From an uncultured virus (IMG/VR IMGVR_UViG_3300027126_000148) (taxonomy: Duplodnaviria > Heunggongvirae > Uroviricota > Caudoviricetes): DNA of 20,000 bases. The notes beneath the pieces were generated by a model. That model was given only the letters and a program-made list of their open reading frames with translations, made no database searches and was not told the DNA's origin. The position numbers and the translations under genes were made by a program. Below are positions 1-8,259 of this stretch, one piece after another (the first letter of the stretch is position 1; each line of letters starts with the position of its first letter). The stretch is taken from IMG/VR virus record IMGVR_UViG_3300027126_000148, one strand, 5' to 3'.

Positions 1-499
1 AGCTATGATATATTTGAGAATTTTGATTGGCGACAGCATTTCCTAACTGTATGCCGCCATTATAAGCAGGATTTCCAGCGAACGATTGAAATATTGCAGT
101 TATAACTGCATCATCTGCTCCTTTAACTTCTAGTTTAGCAGCAGGGCTTGTTGTTCCTATCCCAATGCCTGTTCCTAAATCATAAATACTTCCAGTAAGT
201 AATTCTTTTGTATTACTCCAGCGAGCAACATAATTTGCTACTCCAGATCCAGAAACAAAATTTCCATTAACATACCCACTAAGAGAATCGATCCTATTAT
301 TTAATAAAGTTCCAGTAGCCGCAATTTGCCCACTTAATAAAGAAAGATCAGCATTGTTTGAATCCGCTTGCCACATTACGCCAGAAGACGTAGATGTCAG
401 CACATAACCATTTGCGCCTATGTTATTGCTAACATCAAATACAAATCCAGAAATTGCAATTCCCGTCGTGAGAATTTCATCTATAGCGAATTGAGCCAT
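1..499 (-). CDS. Tail fibre / receptor-binding-like protein, N-terminal part (runs off the window start; absent from the ORF track)
   Basis: Manual translation from ATG at 499: MAQFAIDEILTTGIAISGFVFD...GYVLTSTSSGVMWQ...SGSGVANYVARWS...GTGIGIGTTSPAAKLEVKG... open to base 1. GIGTTSP..KLEV is typical of phage fibre-like repeats; GTGTA motif upstream. Confidence 0.7.
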   Translation of the reverse strand, partial: MAQFAIDEILTTGIAISGFVFDVSNNIGANGYVLTSTSSGVMWQADSNNADLSLLSGQIAATGTLLNNRIDSLSGYVNGNFVSGSGVANYVARWSNTKELLTGSIYDLGTGIGIGTTSPAAKLEVKGADDAVITAIFQSFAGNPAYNGGIQLGNAVANQNSQIYHS

Positions 500-513
500 T
501 TGAAAACCTTAAA

Positions 514-531
514 CCTTATTATTAATTACAC
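514..531 (-). promoter_or_regulatory. Candidate late promoter GTGTAATTAATAATAAGG
   Basis: Recurrent RTGTA+AT-rich motif starting 32 nt before the ATG at 499, immediately after a terminator. Confidence 0.55.
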
Positions 532-572
532 AAAAAAATCTTTAGCCCCCTAAAAATCGAGAGCTAAAGATT
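532..572 (-). terminator. Rho-independent terminator after 599..823
   Basis: AATCTTTAGC (537-546) / GCTAAAGATT (563-572) stem followed by a T-run on the minus strand. Confidence 0.7.
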
Positions 573-598
573 GCGTTTCTAATATTTTATCTGATATT

Positions 599-823
599 TC
601 AGACCTGCATCTTTGGGAATGGAGGAATCTCAGGAGCTTGAGTATTATTGAGTACACCCTGAAGAGCCGCAGTACACTTATCAAGGTACACATGCTCATC
701 ATAACTCAATCGGCTCTGACGAGCTAGACCTACAAAAGTGTTTAGCGCAATTTGCGGCGTAGGATCTGGCAAGTCCTTGACGGATGGAGGCTGCTGTGGT
801 GGCTGTTGATTAGTCTGTTCCAT
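599..823 (-). CDS. Hypothetical protein (74 aa, Q/P-rich termini)
   Basis: ORF co-oriented with and tightly packed against neighbours; AT-rich leader; terminator downstream. Confidence 0.7.
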   Translation of the reverse strand: MEQTNQQPPQQPPSVKDLPDPTPQIALNTFVGLARQSRLSYDEHVYLDKCTAALQGVLNNTQAPEIPPFPKMQV

Positions 824-834
824 ATGATTATATA

Positions 835-1191
835 TTATCTTCCTTCGGCTAAAATTCTTTTGGCTGCATCAGAAATGTCGTTGTCCAAAACTTTCTTTGT
901 ACCGGATACTTTTAAATAAGAATTATTATGGCGTCGAAATTCATTCAAAAGTCTTTCTCTCAGCATTTTCATATTATCAACTGGGAGAAGATTCATTTTG
1001 ACTGCATGACTTTGAAGATCGCTCTTAGTCATAGCATTTAGTTGACTCCAATATTCATCCTCGTTAAAAGTACCGTACTTGTCTGAACCAGCATCACCAA
1101 GAATCTGGTCAAGAGTTTGGTATTGCTTTTCTTCAACTTGAGCATGAGTTTGACTCATGTCTTCTAATGCTTGCTTCTTCTTTTTAGCCAT
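835..1191 (-). CDS. Hypothetical protein next to the capsid gene, possible small helical (Rho-N/SAP-like) domain
   Basis: 118 aa ORF; LNAMTKSDLQSHAVKMNL resembles helix-extension-helix motifs (inference). Confidence 0.7.
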   Translation of the reverse strand: MAKKKKQALEDMSQTHAQVEEKQYQTLDQILGDAGSDKYGTFNEDEYWSQLNAMTKSDLQSHAVKMNLLPVDNMKMLRERLLNEFRRHNNSYLKVSGTKKVLDNDISDAAKRILAEGR

Positions 1192-1196
1192 ACCTT

Positions 1197-1225
1197 ATAA
1201 TACTATATATAAATAAAAATGTAAA
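1197..1225 (-). promoter_or_regulatory. Sigma70-like promoter TTTACA-N17-TATTAT, probably giving a leaderless transcript of 835..1191
   Basis: Plus strand TGTAAA 1220-1225 and ATAATA 1197-1202, 17-bp spacer, just past the capsid terminator. Confidence 0.45.
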
Positions 1226-1227
1226 AT

Positions 1228-1258
1228 AAAAAACCCCAGAGGGGTTACCTCTGGGGTT
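1228..1258 (-). terminator. Rho-independent terminator after the major capsid gene
   Basis: Perfect 11-bp stem AACCCCAGAGG / CCTCTGGGGTT with a 5-nt loop and a T-run on the minus strand. Confidence 0.85.
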
Positions 1259-1275
1259 AAAACTGCGATAGTTTT

Positions 1276-2427
1276 TTAGTTGGTGATTACACCACCGATA
1301 GCGCGAGCGTCGATACAAATACGACCCTCTTCCAAGAAGCCGTAGAAGCCAGTCTTCTCGGCGCGAGAAACGAATTGATCATCAGGTAGAACGCTGAGTT
1401 GTCCACCGCTCTCAGCGTTTGTAGCGACTGGGCGGATAAATGCATCACGGCTCAAGTCAAGACCAATTGAGAGGTCATGAGAAGCAGTGGCGAATGTAAT
1501 GGCGTTAGCACCATTGATGTCAGGATATGTAGTTACGTCGAAAGAGTCAAACAAGGTGTTATACTTTTGACTCTTACCGAGTTCAACGAGTTCGATAATA
1601 TTAATACCGAACAAGCTCTCCATTCCGCCGCCTCTATAGATCTCAGTACGAACATCTTCAGACAATTGGGTTTGATAAGTTGTAGAAGAACCTGTCGCAA
1701 AGAGAGGATTGAATGAGAAAGAACGAATCTTAGCCTTAATTTCTGGGCTAATAAAGAGATCGGTCAATCCGCGAGCAGAAGCATCAGAAGGAGTACCACC
1801 AGCGAATGAAACGTTAATTCTCTTAAAGCGGAGAATTAGATCGTTCAAGCATCCCATATCGAAAGCTCTTGCACCACCAGTTGGGGCGATAAGATGCTTA
1901 AGGGCACCTGAAGCGGAGTAAGAAACTGAACGGCCATCCTTGGTAGCAGCAGCACCAAGAGCCTTTAGAATAACAGCCCAAGCATTGCGCTCTTGCTTAA
2001 CAAGAACCTCTTGAGCCATACGATCCAAAGCTCCGCTAACTACGTCGAGACGAGCCTTACGGGCGTACTTCTTATTGAAGGAAACGGCAGAGTCAAGACG
2101 ATAGGTAGCGATCTTCAACTCTTGAACTGGTTGATCCATGTAGTTGGAGGGCAAGCCACCAGCGACATTTTGAGCCCAGACGGAAACTAGACCAGCAGCC
2201 TCGTTGTAATAGAGGTCAAGAGGATAAGAAGGACTATCGTCTTCGTTATACTCCATGTCTCTATAAATCATGCTGGCAGTACCAGCTTGAGCGAGAACCT
2301 TTTGAATTACTGGTCCGACGAAAGCGGCCAAAGCTTCCATAGCCTCGGCAGACTCAACGACATTGCGAGAACCAACCTTTTTGATTAGCTCTACTTGTTC
2401 TGGCGTATTTTTTAATTTAAGTCTCAT
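1276..2427 (-). CDS. Major capsid protein (probably HK97 fold)
   Basis: 383 aa; follows protease/scaffold and decoration genes and precedes a strong terminator; composition fits a highly expressed gene; C-terminal GFYGFLEEGRICIDARAI resembles capsid ends. Confidence 0.8.
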   Translation of the reverse strand: MRLKLKNTPEQVELIKKVGSRNVVESAEAMEALAAFVGPVIQKVLAQAGTASMIYRDMEYNEDDSPSYPLDLYYNEAAGLVSVWAQNVAGGLPSNYMDQPVQELKIATYRLDSAVSFNKKYARKARLDVVSGALDRMAQEVLVKQERNAWAVILKALGAAATKDGRSVSYSASGALKHLIAPTGGARAFDMGCLNDLILRFKRINVSFAGGTPSDASARGLTDLFISPEIKAKIRSFSFNPLFATGSSTTYQTQLSEDVRTEIYRGGGMESLFGINIIELVELGKSQKYNTLFDSFDVTTYPDINGANAITFATASHDLSIGLDLSRDAFIRPVATNAESGGQLSVLPDDQFVSRAEKTGFYGFLEEGRICIDARAIGGVITN

Positions 2428-2463
2428 ATTAGTATATTAATTAGTTAGTTAAGTTATTGGTTA

Positions 2464-3027
2464 TTATAGGTCGAGGTTTAGTAATGCATAACCATCATCA
2501 TCAGCAGAACCTAGATAAGTTCCAACTTTAACGTAAGAACCGTGGATAGCAGCATTTGACTCCAACTCTCCGAGGGTATTAATATAAGCAGCGTTACCGG
2601 CAGAAGCACCAGTAGCGTAAGCCAATACAATACCACGCTTGAGAATAGGAACAGTTTGTCCAGAGACAACTGCACTCAATTCAGCAGCCTTACGAGGATT
2701 GAAGATTAGCTTCTCGCCGTTTTCGTCTGTTTCACGAACGTCATTAAGAAGCATTCCAACGACCTTGTTAGCATCGCCAGTACCAGCGGTAGTGACGCGA
2801 GCAGTGGTTGAATAACGATCAGAAACTACGTTAGAGTAAGAAGCTCCAACAGCAGTAGCTGAAGTAATGTTTAGAGCGTCATCGGTATTTTTCCAACCGG
2901 CTCCAAGAACTTTAACGAAAGTTCCCTTGTTTACAGTTTCGAGATCAAAAGCGAACATGTTAATAACTTCATGCTCACCATAACCGCGAAATGGTTTAAT
3001 TAATCTTTTAGTAGATGAATATGCCAT
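2464..3027 (-). CDS. Capsid decoration / cement protein
   Basis: 187 aa, G/A/T/V-rich, between scaffold and capsid genes; VVGMLLNDV..D.NGEKL...VVSGQTVPILKRG pattern. Confidence 0.6.
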   Translation of the reverse strand: MAYSSTKRLIKPFRGYGEHEVINMFAFDLETVNKGTFVKVLGAGWKNTDDALNITSATAVGASYSNVVSDRYSTTARVTTAGTGDANKVVGMLLNDVRETDENGEKLIFNPRKAAELSAVVSGQTVPILKRGIVLAYATGASAGNAAYINTLGELESNAAIHGSYVKVGTYLGSADDDGYALLNLDL

Positions 3028-3056
3028 AGTATTTTCCTATTATTTATTTGTTTTGT

Positions 3057-3707
3057 TTATTTTGTAATAACGAAGCCTTCGTCATTAAAAGCTGATTGAT
3101 ATTTTTGCTTTAAAGTCTTTGAAGGATTAACAACGCCAGCAGTGATTACATCATTTTGCTGAGTTCCGTTGCTAATAGCGTCATCAACGACAGTAGCATT
3201 TTCGGTAGAAGCGACAGTCTCTTGAATCTCAGTAGCCATAGTCTCTTTCTTCTCTTCTTTTGGCATCTTTGAGGCTTTATAAGACTTGTTCTTCTCCTTC
3301 ATTAAAACGCCCATCTTTTTCTTGTAGGCGGCGAAAGAATCTTCATCCAAATCTCTGATATCGTTAGCAATTACTTCCCTATCTTCGGTATCAAGATCGA
3401 ACTCTTCATCTAGTCCAGCCATTCTGGAAGAGAATAGTTCTTGCTTCTCCTTAGAAGCTTTTTCTTGTTGTAGGGTTTCTAAAGATTGCTTGAGAGCCTC
3501 AAGTTCTTTCTTTAGGTTTTCAGAATCAGAAGAGAGACTAGCGAACTTCTCTTCGGCGTTCTTGATTGCGTCTTCTTTAGCTTTTTGTTCAGCAGCGAAT
3601 TTCTCAGAGGCATCTTTGAGTTGCTCTCCAATAAAATCTCTGATGGAAGAAGCGGTTGCTTCTTTAAGCAACTCATCAGTAATTTGAGATACTTCAGATA
3701 TTTTCAT
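3057..3707 (-). CDS. Putative nested in-frame scaffold protein (216 aa, MKISEVSQ...)
   Basis: In-frame ATG at 3707 at the start of the coiled-coil region, preceded by ATGTAATTATCGAAAGAAAGAAT, which matches the candidate late promoter motif. Confidence 0.45.
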   Translation of the reverse strand: MKISEVSQITDELLKEATASSIRDFIGEQLKDASEKFAAEQKAKEDAIKNAEEKFASLSSDSENLKKELEALKQSLETLQQEKASKEKQELFSSRMAGLDEEFDLDTEDREVIANDIRDLDEDSFAAYKKKMGVLMKEKNKSYKASKMPKEEKKETMATEIQETVASTENATVVDDAISNGTQQNDVITAGVVNPSKTLKQKYQSAFNDEGFVITK

Positions 3708-4526
3708 ATTCTTTCTTTCGATAATTACATTAGATTCCAATGTTTGTGAAATTTCTTCTGCTTTTTGCTCAATAATTTGTTCAGACTCCGGTTTTTTAAC
3801 GCTAACACCGACAACATCGGCGGCAGGATTAGCAGTTAGTCCAACTCCAAGAGGGAGAACTCGACCCTTAATTTTACGGTAAATTAATTGGTTTTCATTG
3901 AGTCTTCCGCTGCCACCAAATCCGGTTAGTTTTCCTTTAATTTTTTCAATCTCTTCTTTGTCAGAAATGATAGTAGCATTTTCAATATTCTTTTCGCTTC
4001 CTTCTAGGACAGCTACTTCAAAATCATTATAACCCAATTCCCAAGAAGCACTGACCTTCATGTAATTGTTAGAAGTGGGGTCATTTGACTCTTCGATTGT
4101 ATTGGCGAGATCTTTATTAACGATCTTCCAAACAACACCGCCAAGAGTAATATTATAAGGCTCTTTTTTATCTTTGACTTGCTCTTCAGTAAGGGGAACA
4201 TCAGTTCCAAACTCAGAAAATCCTGCTGACAAAATAACACCAACAACATTTGCGCGATTGTGTTCAATATTAATTGGCTTATTAATGAAGTTTTTATATA
4301 CTTCAGTAGCAATAGACGAATCAATTACATCACCATTTTTATTAACACGATTTACGACACAAGCATTAAAAGCAATTGGCAAAAGATCCATATTAGACTC
4401 AGCATTGACTTCAGGAATAAAATTCCCTACATCAATTAGACTGGCTAATGATAGATACTTGTCTTTTTCTTCAGAGACTAATGGTCTGATTGAAGAACTA
4501 AATGTTGTAGAGAAGTCAAATTTCAT
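3057..4526 (-). CDS. Prohead maturation protease fused to a C-terminal coiled-coil scaffold
   Basis: N-terminal NKNGD, FINKPINIEH, SASWELG and GVGLTANPA motifs like HK97/herpes-type prohead proteases; E/K-rich coiled-coil C-terminal half; position before the capsid genes. Confidence 0.75.
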   Translation of the reverse strand: MKFDFSTTFSSSIRPLVSEEKDKYLSLASLIDVGNFIPEVNAESNMDLLPIAFNACVVNRVNKNGDVIDSSIATEVYKNFINKPINIEHNRANVVGVILSAGFSEFGTDVPLTEEQVKDKKEPYNITLGGVVWKIVNKDLANTIEESNDPTSNNYMKVSASWELGYNDFEVAVLEGSEKNIENATIISDKEEIEKIKGKLTGFGGSGRLNENQLIYRKIKGRVLPLGVGLTANPAADVVGVSVKKPESEQIIEQKAEEISQTLESNVIIERKNMKISEVSQITDELLKEATASSIRDFIGEQLKDASEKFAAEQKAKEDAIKNAEEKFASLSSDSENLKKELEALKQSLETLQQEKASKEKQELFSSRMAGLDEEFDLDTEDREVIANDIRDLDEDSFAAYKKKMGVLMKEKNKSYKASKMPKEEKKETMATEIQETVASTENATVVDDAISNGTQQNDVITAGVVNPSKTLKQKYQSAFNDEGFVITK

Positions 4527-4527
4527 G

Positions 4528-4824
4528 TTATTCTAGAAAATATGTAATACTACCTACGGTTGCGGTTGCAATAGCTATTCCAGAACTATCTGGAACTCTC
4601 AAAGGAGCAGAATAGTTGCAATTCCCTTGAGCTACATAAGCAAATATACTTCCACTTGCTGTAGCACTAGCATTTGCCAAAGTAAGATTAGCTTGAGTAC
4701 TTATATCAGTAATAAAAATTCTTGAATTGCCATTATTGGGTGGCTGAATCAAAACACCTGTTGTTGTAAAATTAACAGTTGTTGTTGGTACGGACGCAAT
4801 ACCATTTTGAATAAAAGATTTCAT
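4528..4824 (-). CDS. Small beta-rich hypothetical protein, possibly virion-associated
   Basis: 98 aa, T/S/A/G-rich; start overlaps the upstream stop (TAATG). Confidence 0.65.
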   Translation of the reverse strand: MKSFIQNGIASVPTTTVNFTTTGVLIQPPNNGNSRIFITDISTQANLTLANASATASGSIFAYVAQGNCNYSAPLRVPDSSGIAIATATVGSITYFLE

Positions 4825-5189
4825 TATTTTAAAGTTGTTAAATATTTAGTCTTATTTACACTTGCTAAAATTTCATCTCTAATATTAAGCAAGTCTGTAT
4901 CTTTTGCAGCATCCAATTGAGATGGTAAATCATTGCTCAAAAAGCCAATAAAAGCATCCATTGCTTGAACTGGACTAATAGATTTATAATTTTGCAAAGT
5001 TAAAACAAAAGAATCCTTAGCAATAATTCGACCATATTTACCCATGAAAACCTCTACAAATTCATCAATATAACCAGACAAAGAATCATAAAGCTCTCCA
5101 AAAGCTTCATGCTCAGAGAATCCATAGGTTTGCCAATGGAATATCTTTACTTGGTTTTGAAACTGTAACATTGAAGATAGAATATTCAT
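4824..5189 (-). CDS. Ferritin/Dps-like four-helix protein (DUF5856-like)
   Basis: FHWQT..FSEHEAFGELYD...IDEFVEVFMGKYGR...LLNIRDEIL...KYL matches the Dps-like HW...H...ELY...D...E pattern. Confidence 0.7.
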   Translation of the reverse strand: MNILSSMLQFQNQVKIFHWQTYGFSEHEAFGELYDSLSGYIDEFVEVFMGKYGRIIAKDSFVLTLQNYKSISPVQAMDAFIGFLSNDLPSQLDAAKDTDLLNIRDEILASVNKTKYLTTLK

Positions 5190-5190
5190 A

Positions 5191-6366
5191 TTATTTCCCT
5201 TTCTTATATTGCAGCAAGCAAGATTGGAATTTTTCTTTGTCAGTTCCCTCTTTAGAAGGGATGCATTTTTGAAGGAAGTCTTTGAAATTTTGACCTTCTG
5301 TTTCGCACATTGACTTATACTCTTCCTCTTCTTCGTAAGAAGCGTAGACTTGAGCGCGAGAGAGTTGGTCCATTGTTTTTGTTAGGACTTCTCCCTTTTT
5401 ATAAGTTGGGCCTTCGTTAGTTACTTCATATGAAATAACTTTACCCATTTGATTTGGCAAGTCTTTGATCTCTTTTACGATTCCTTCGCTGCCATAATGA
5501 TAACAGTTCTTATTTACATTTCGAACCTTCTGACCAACCATAAACATTGGTTCAGAACTCATATAATTAGCGTCAGACTCTTCGGCAAACATTACATAGT
5601 TATGAATCATTACCATGTAATCTTCAGTAATAGCAATCTTGCCTTGTAAGAATGACTCAGTTAAATTTTCTTTAACCTTTTCATCATTTAAAGCATTGAG
5701 AATGTTCTCTGCATGAGTTTTAATAGAATTTAAAGAGCCAACTGACATTTCTAAATATTCATTCTTGTACTCTTCCATTTCGCTCTCTTCGGATTCCATC
5801 TCGTCTTCAGGCTCCATCATTTCTTCGGCTTTTGATAAATCAGGCCAAATTTTTAAGAGTTCGCTTTGATCCCAAAGAGTCAAACCATCCCACTCTTCTT
5901 CGTTAGCTTGAGCTTTCTTTAAAGCGTCTTGCTTTGGATAGTCTTTTTCTCCGGGCTTTGCTGGCTTATAGTTCTTGCCGAGACGATCTTTCTTCTTTTG
6001 AATATTGTGCCAAAGACCTTTTCCAGCTTCTGTTTCTAAACTAAAGACCTCTTCTGAAGCTTTAACTGGAGAACCCGCCCTCCATTGATAGCATGACCAG
6101 TATTTGGCTTTCCATTTTGGTCCGGGGTTTTTGTCGCAGCCATGTCTTGCTCTAAAACTTTTTCTTCTAGCAGGATCATCTCTCTTGATCTCCATGTTAG
6201 GATCACCAAAGTTAACCTTTACAACATTTCCTTTGTCATTTTTGACATAAACAGAAAACTTTTTAGGCCCATCAGGAGTCCTGAATGGCTTATTTAATGT
6301 TTTCTTTTCTTTGTCTGCGGCGACGATTTTAGAAGAAATATCGATTTCTAATTCTTTGGTTTTCAT
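5191..6366 (-). CDS. Multidomain head-region protein (DUF6321-like basic N-terminus, acidic linker, SH3/KOW-like segment)
   Basis: KTLNKPFRTPDGPKKFSVYVK...VNFGDPNMEIKRDDPARRKSFRARHGC...YWSC; GLWHNIQKKK...PGEKDYP; FMVGQKVRNVN..CYHYGSEGIVKEI. Confidence 0.65.
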   Translation of the reverse strand: MKTKELEIDISSKIVAADKEKKTLNKPFRTPDGPKKFSVYVKNDKGNVVKVNFGDPNMEIKRDDPARRKSFRARHGCDKNPGPKWKAKYWSCYQWRAGSPVKASEEVFSLETEAGKGLWHNIQKKKDRLGKNYKPAKPGEKDYPKQDALKKAQANEEEWDGLTLWDQSELLKIWPDLSKAEEMMEPEDEMESEESEMEEYKNEYLEMSVGSLNSIKTHAENILNALNDEKVKENLTESFLQGKIAITEDYMVMIHNYVMFAEESDANYMSSEPMFMVGQKVRNVNKNCYHYGSEGIVKEIKDLPNQMGKVISYEVTNEGPTYKKGEVLTKTMDQLSRAQVYASYEEEEEYKSMCETEGQNFKDFLQKCIPSKEGTDKEKFQSCLLQYKKGK

Positions 6367-6367
6367 G

Positions 6368-6937
6368 TTAAATATATTCTAGCCAGTTTGCTTTTTCTTG
6401 TTCTGTATCCAAGTATAGATCATTCTCATCTTCAAAATCATAATCAAGATTATAGTCTTGAATATCATTATCTGCTTGAGAGAAATCACCATCATTTGGT
6501 TCCCAAGAACCTGTAACATCAATTTCTGAAGCTCTAGCTACATCACTATCAGCTTTGCGATAAGCATCTTTAACAGTTTTACCAGCCATCATTCTTAAGA
6601 AAGTATTCACACGGGCCATTGCCCATTGTCCTCTTGTTTTTCCGGGTCTATGGCTAGAACTAAAAGCTCCAGCGCCTCTACGATAAACTTTTTTTAGTTG
6701 ACTTAAGCTTACTTTCTTAGAATATTTGCTATTATGCTCTCTAACTTTAGACTTTAAAGCTTCAACTACTTTAGCAGAAAACTCTATTGCTTTATCGCTT
6801 TTTGTTCCTGCGCTACCAGAAGGATTTTTAGCAGAACCGCTGCGCTTTTCAGAAGGTTTGGCAGGGGTCTGAGCAGAGCTTTTAGGCCCAGACCTCTTTG
6901 ATTCTATAATTTCTATTTCTAAACCTTGTAGGTTCAT
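6368..6937 (-). CDS. Basic head-region protein with acidic tail (DUF5824-like core)
   Basis: LKKVYRRGAGAFSSSHRPGKTRGQWAMARVNTF motif; family name recalled, not searched. Confidence 0.6.
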   Translation of the reverse strand: MNLQGLEIEIIESKRSGPKSSAQTPAKPSEKRSGSAKNPSGSAGTKSDKAIEFSAKVVEALKSKVREHNSKYSKKVSLSQLKKVYRRGAGAFSSSHRPGKTRGQWAMARVNTFLRMMAGKTVKDAYRKADSDVARASEIDVTGSWEPNDGDFSQADNDIQDYNLDYDFEDENDLYLDTEQEKANWLEYI

Positions 6938-6945
6938 AATTTGTA

Positions 6946-6962
6946 GCTTATTATTTATACAC
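6946..6962 (-). promoter_or_regulatory. Candidate late promoter GTGTATAAATAATAAGC
   Basis: Motif starts 25 nt before the ATG at 6937 in a short intergenic gap. Confidence 0.55.
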
Positions 6963-6984
6963 TAAAAATTAACTATTAAGGAAA

Positions 6985-8259
6985 TTATAATGGCCCATTT
7001 GTATTAAAGTTTGTGTAACTTAATCCTTTTAACAATCCACTCATAAATAAACCATTAGGATGAGGATAAGAATTCATGTCCATATCACAGTAAAAACTAA
7101 AATCTAAAACAGCATTTGAACCGATTGAAGAGTCATAAGATAGGTCTTTAAATTTAGCTCCTCTAATATCGTAGCGAATAATAGTTTCGGAACTCTTATT
7201 CATCTTGATTGAGATGTCGTATTTAGATTCTGATTTTATATCTGACAAAAGATTTCCTGAATAGTTTAAGTTTCTATATATTGTAGAGAAAGAGCCTTCT
7301 ACAGTAATTGGAGTGTTTATTTGGCGATCTACTGGGTAAACATAGCCCAATGTTTTTAATGGTTCCCTTTCTAAAGGAATGTTAAAATTAAAACTTTGTA
7401 TAGCGGCATCTTGGATTATTAGATTAGACTTGTTTTTAGATGTTGAATTAGCGTCATAAATGTCAATCACGATATCGCCGGGGAGCAAAACAGAAATTGC
7501 ATTTCCAGTTTCCTCAAAAGCTGTATTATAAGTTGGAATATTAAACGTTATGCCGGTATTTAATGTTCCGCTCTTTGGTTCTAAATACGGAGAAACTACG
7601 TTTATTCCAGAAGAGTAATACAACACATTGTGTGCTGCATAATTTACTGTAGCTTTAGGGAAATCGTTAACTTGAGCTTGAACTCCATAAGAAGTAATAT
7701 AACAATTACCGAAAGCTAAGACCGGAAACCCAGAAATACTGTTACCAATTGCATCTGTATTATTTGGAGTAATTGTTAAAAATAGATTGCGCTGATCTCT
7801 GTATTTAAAAGGATACTTAAATGTATTATTTGTGGCTTGAGTTAAATCAGAGTTGAATGAATAGTTCTGGTCTCCAAAAGAAAACCCAGACAATAAATTA
7901 CCACTAGGAAAAACTTGCCCACCATCAAATTGATCTAAATTAGGAGGCCCAAGATTAACATAGAAGCCCATTCTGGCTTCGTTTCGCAGATCTTTAATGT
8001 TGTAATTGAAACTAAGGCTAATATCAGGAGGATTTAAAGTATAATCATAAATAGTAGAAGCATTTCCTATCTCTGAGAACCTAGAAGATTGAGTATTTAT
8101 CTGATAACTAAATTGATTAATTCTTTTAAGGGGCTGAATTAAATTATAAACCCCAGTTCTGAGCAGGTTGCCGTTAGGGTCAGAGAAAAAATAGCCACTC
8201 GCTGGAGCAGGTCCAACGAATAGCAATTCGTTATTATATATTACTCTGTTTGTAGCCAT
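6985..8259 (-). CDS. Virion structural protein, tail-tube-like
   Basis: 424 aa, N/S/F/Y-rich beta-type protein with two similar strand-loop segments (INQFSYQINTQSSRFSEIG...PPDISLSFNY and IQSFNFNIPLEREPLKTLG...PITVEGSFS); coupled to the portal gene by TAATG. Confidence 0.5.
   Translation of the reverse strand: MATNRVIYNNELLFVGPAPASGYFFSDPNGNLLRTGVYNLIQPLKRINQFSYQINTQSSRFSEIGNASTIYDYTLNPPDISLSFNYNIKDLRNEARMGFYVNLGPPNLDQFDGGQVFPSGNLLSGFSFGDQNYSFNSDLTQATNNTFKYPFKYRDQRNLFLTITPNNTDAIGNSISGFPVLAFGNCYITSYGVQAQVNDFPKATVNYAAHNVLYYSSGINVVSPYLEPKSGTLNTGITFNIPTYNTAFEETGNAISVLLPGDIVIDIYDANSTSKNKSNLIIQDAAIQSFNFNIPLEREPLKTLGYVYPVDRQINTPITVEGSFSTIYRNLNYSGNLLSDIKSESKYDISIKMNKSSETIIRYDIRGAKFKDLSYDSSIGSNAVLDFSFYCDMDMNSYPHPNGLFMSGLLKGLSYTNFNTNGPL

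Noticed and set aside
1265..1276. GCGATAGTTTTT, matching the left arm of dyad copy 2
   Set aside because: No inner GGGGTCCCC core or correctly spaced partner arm; probably chance.
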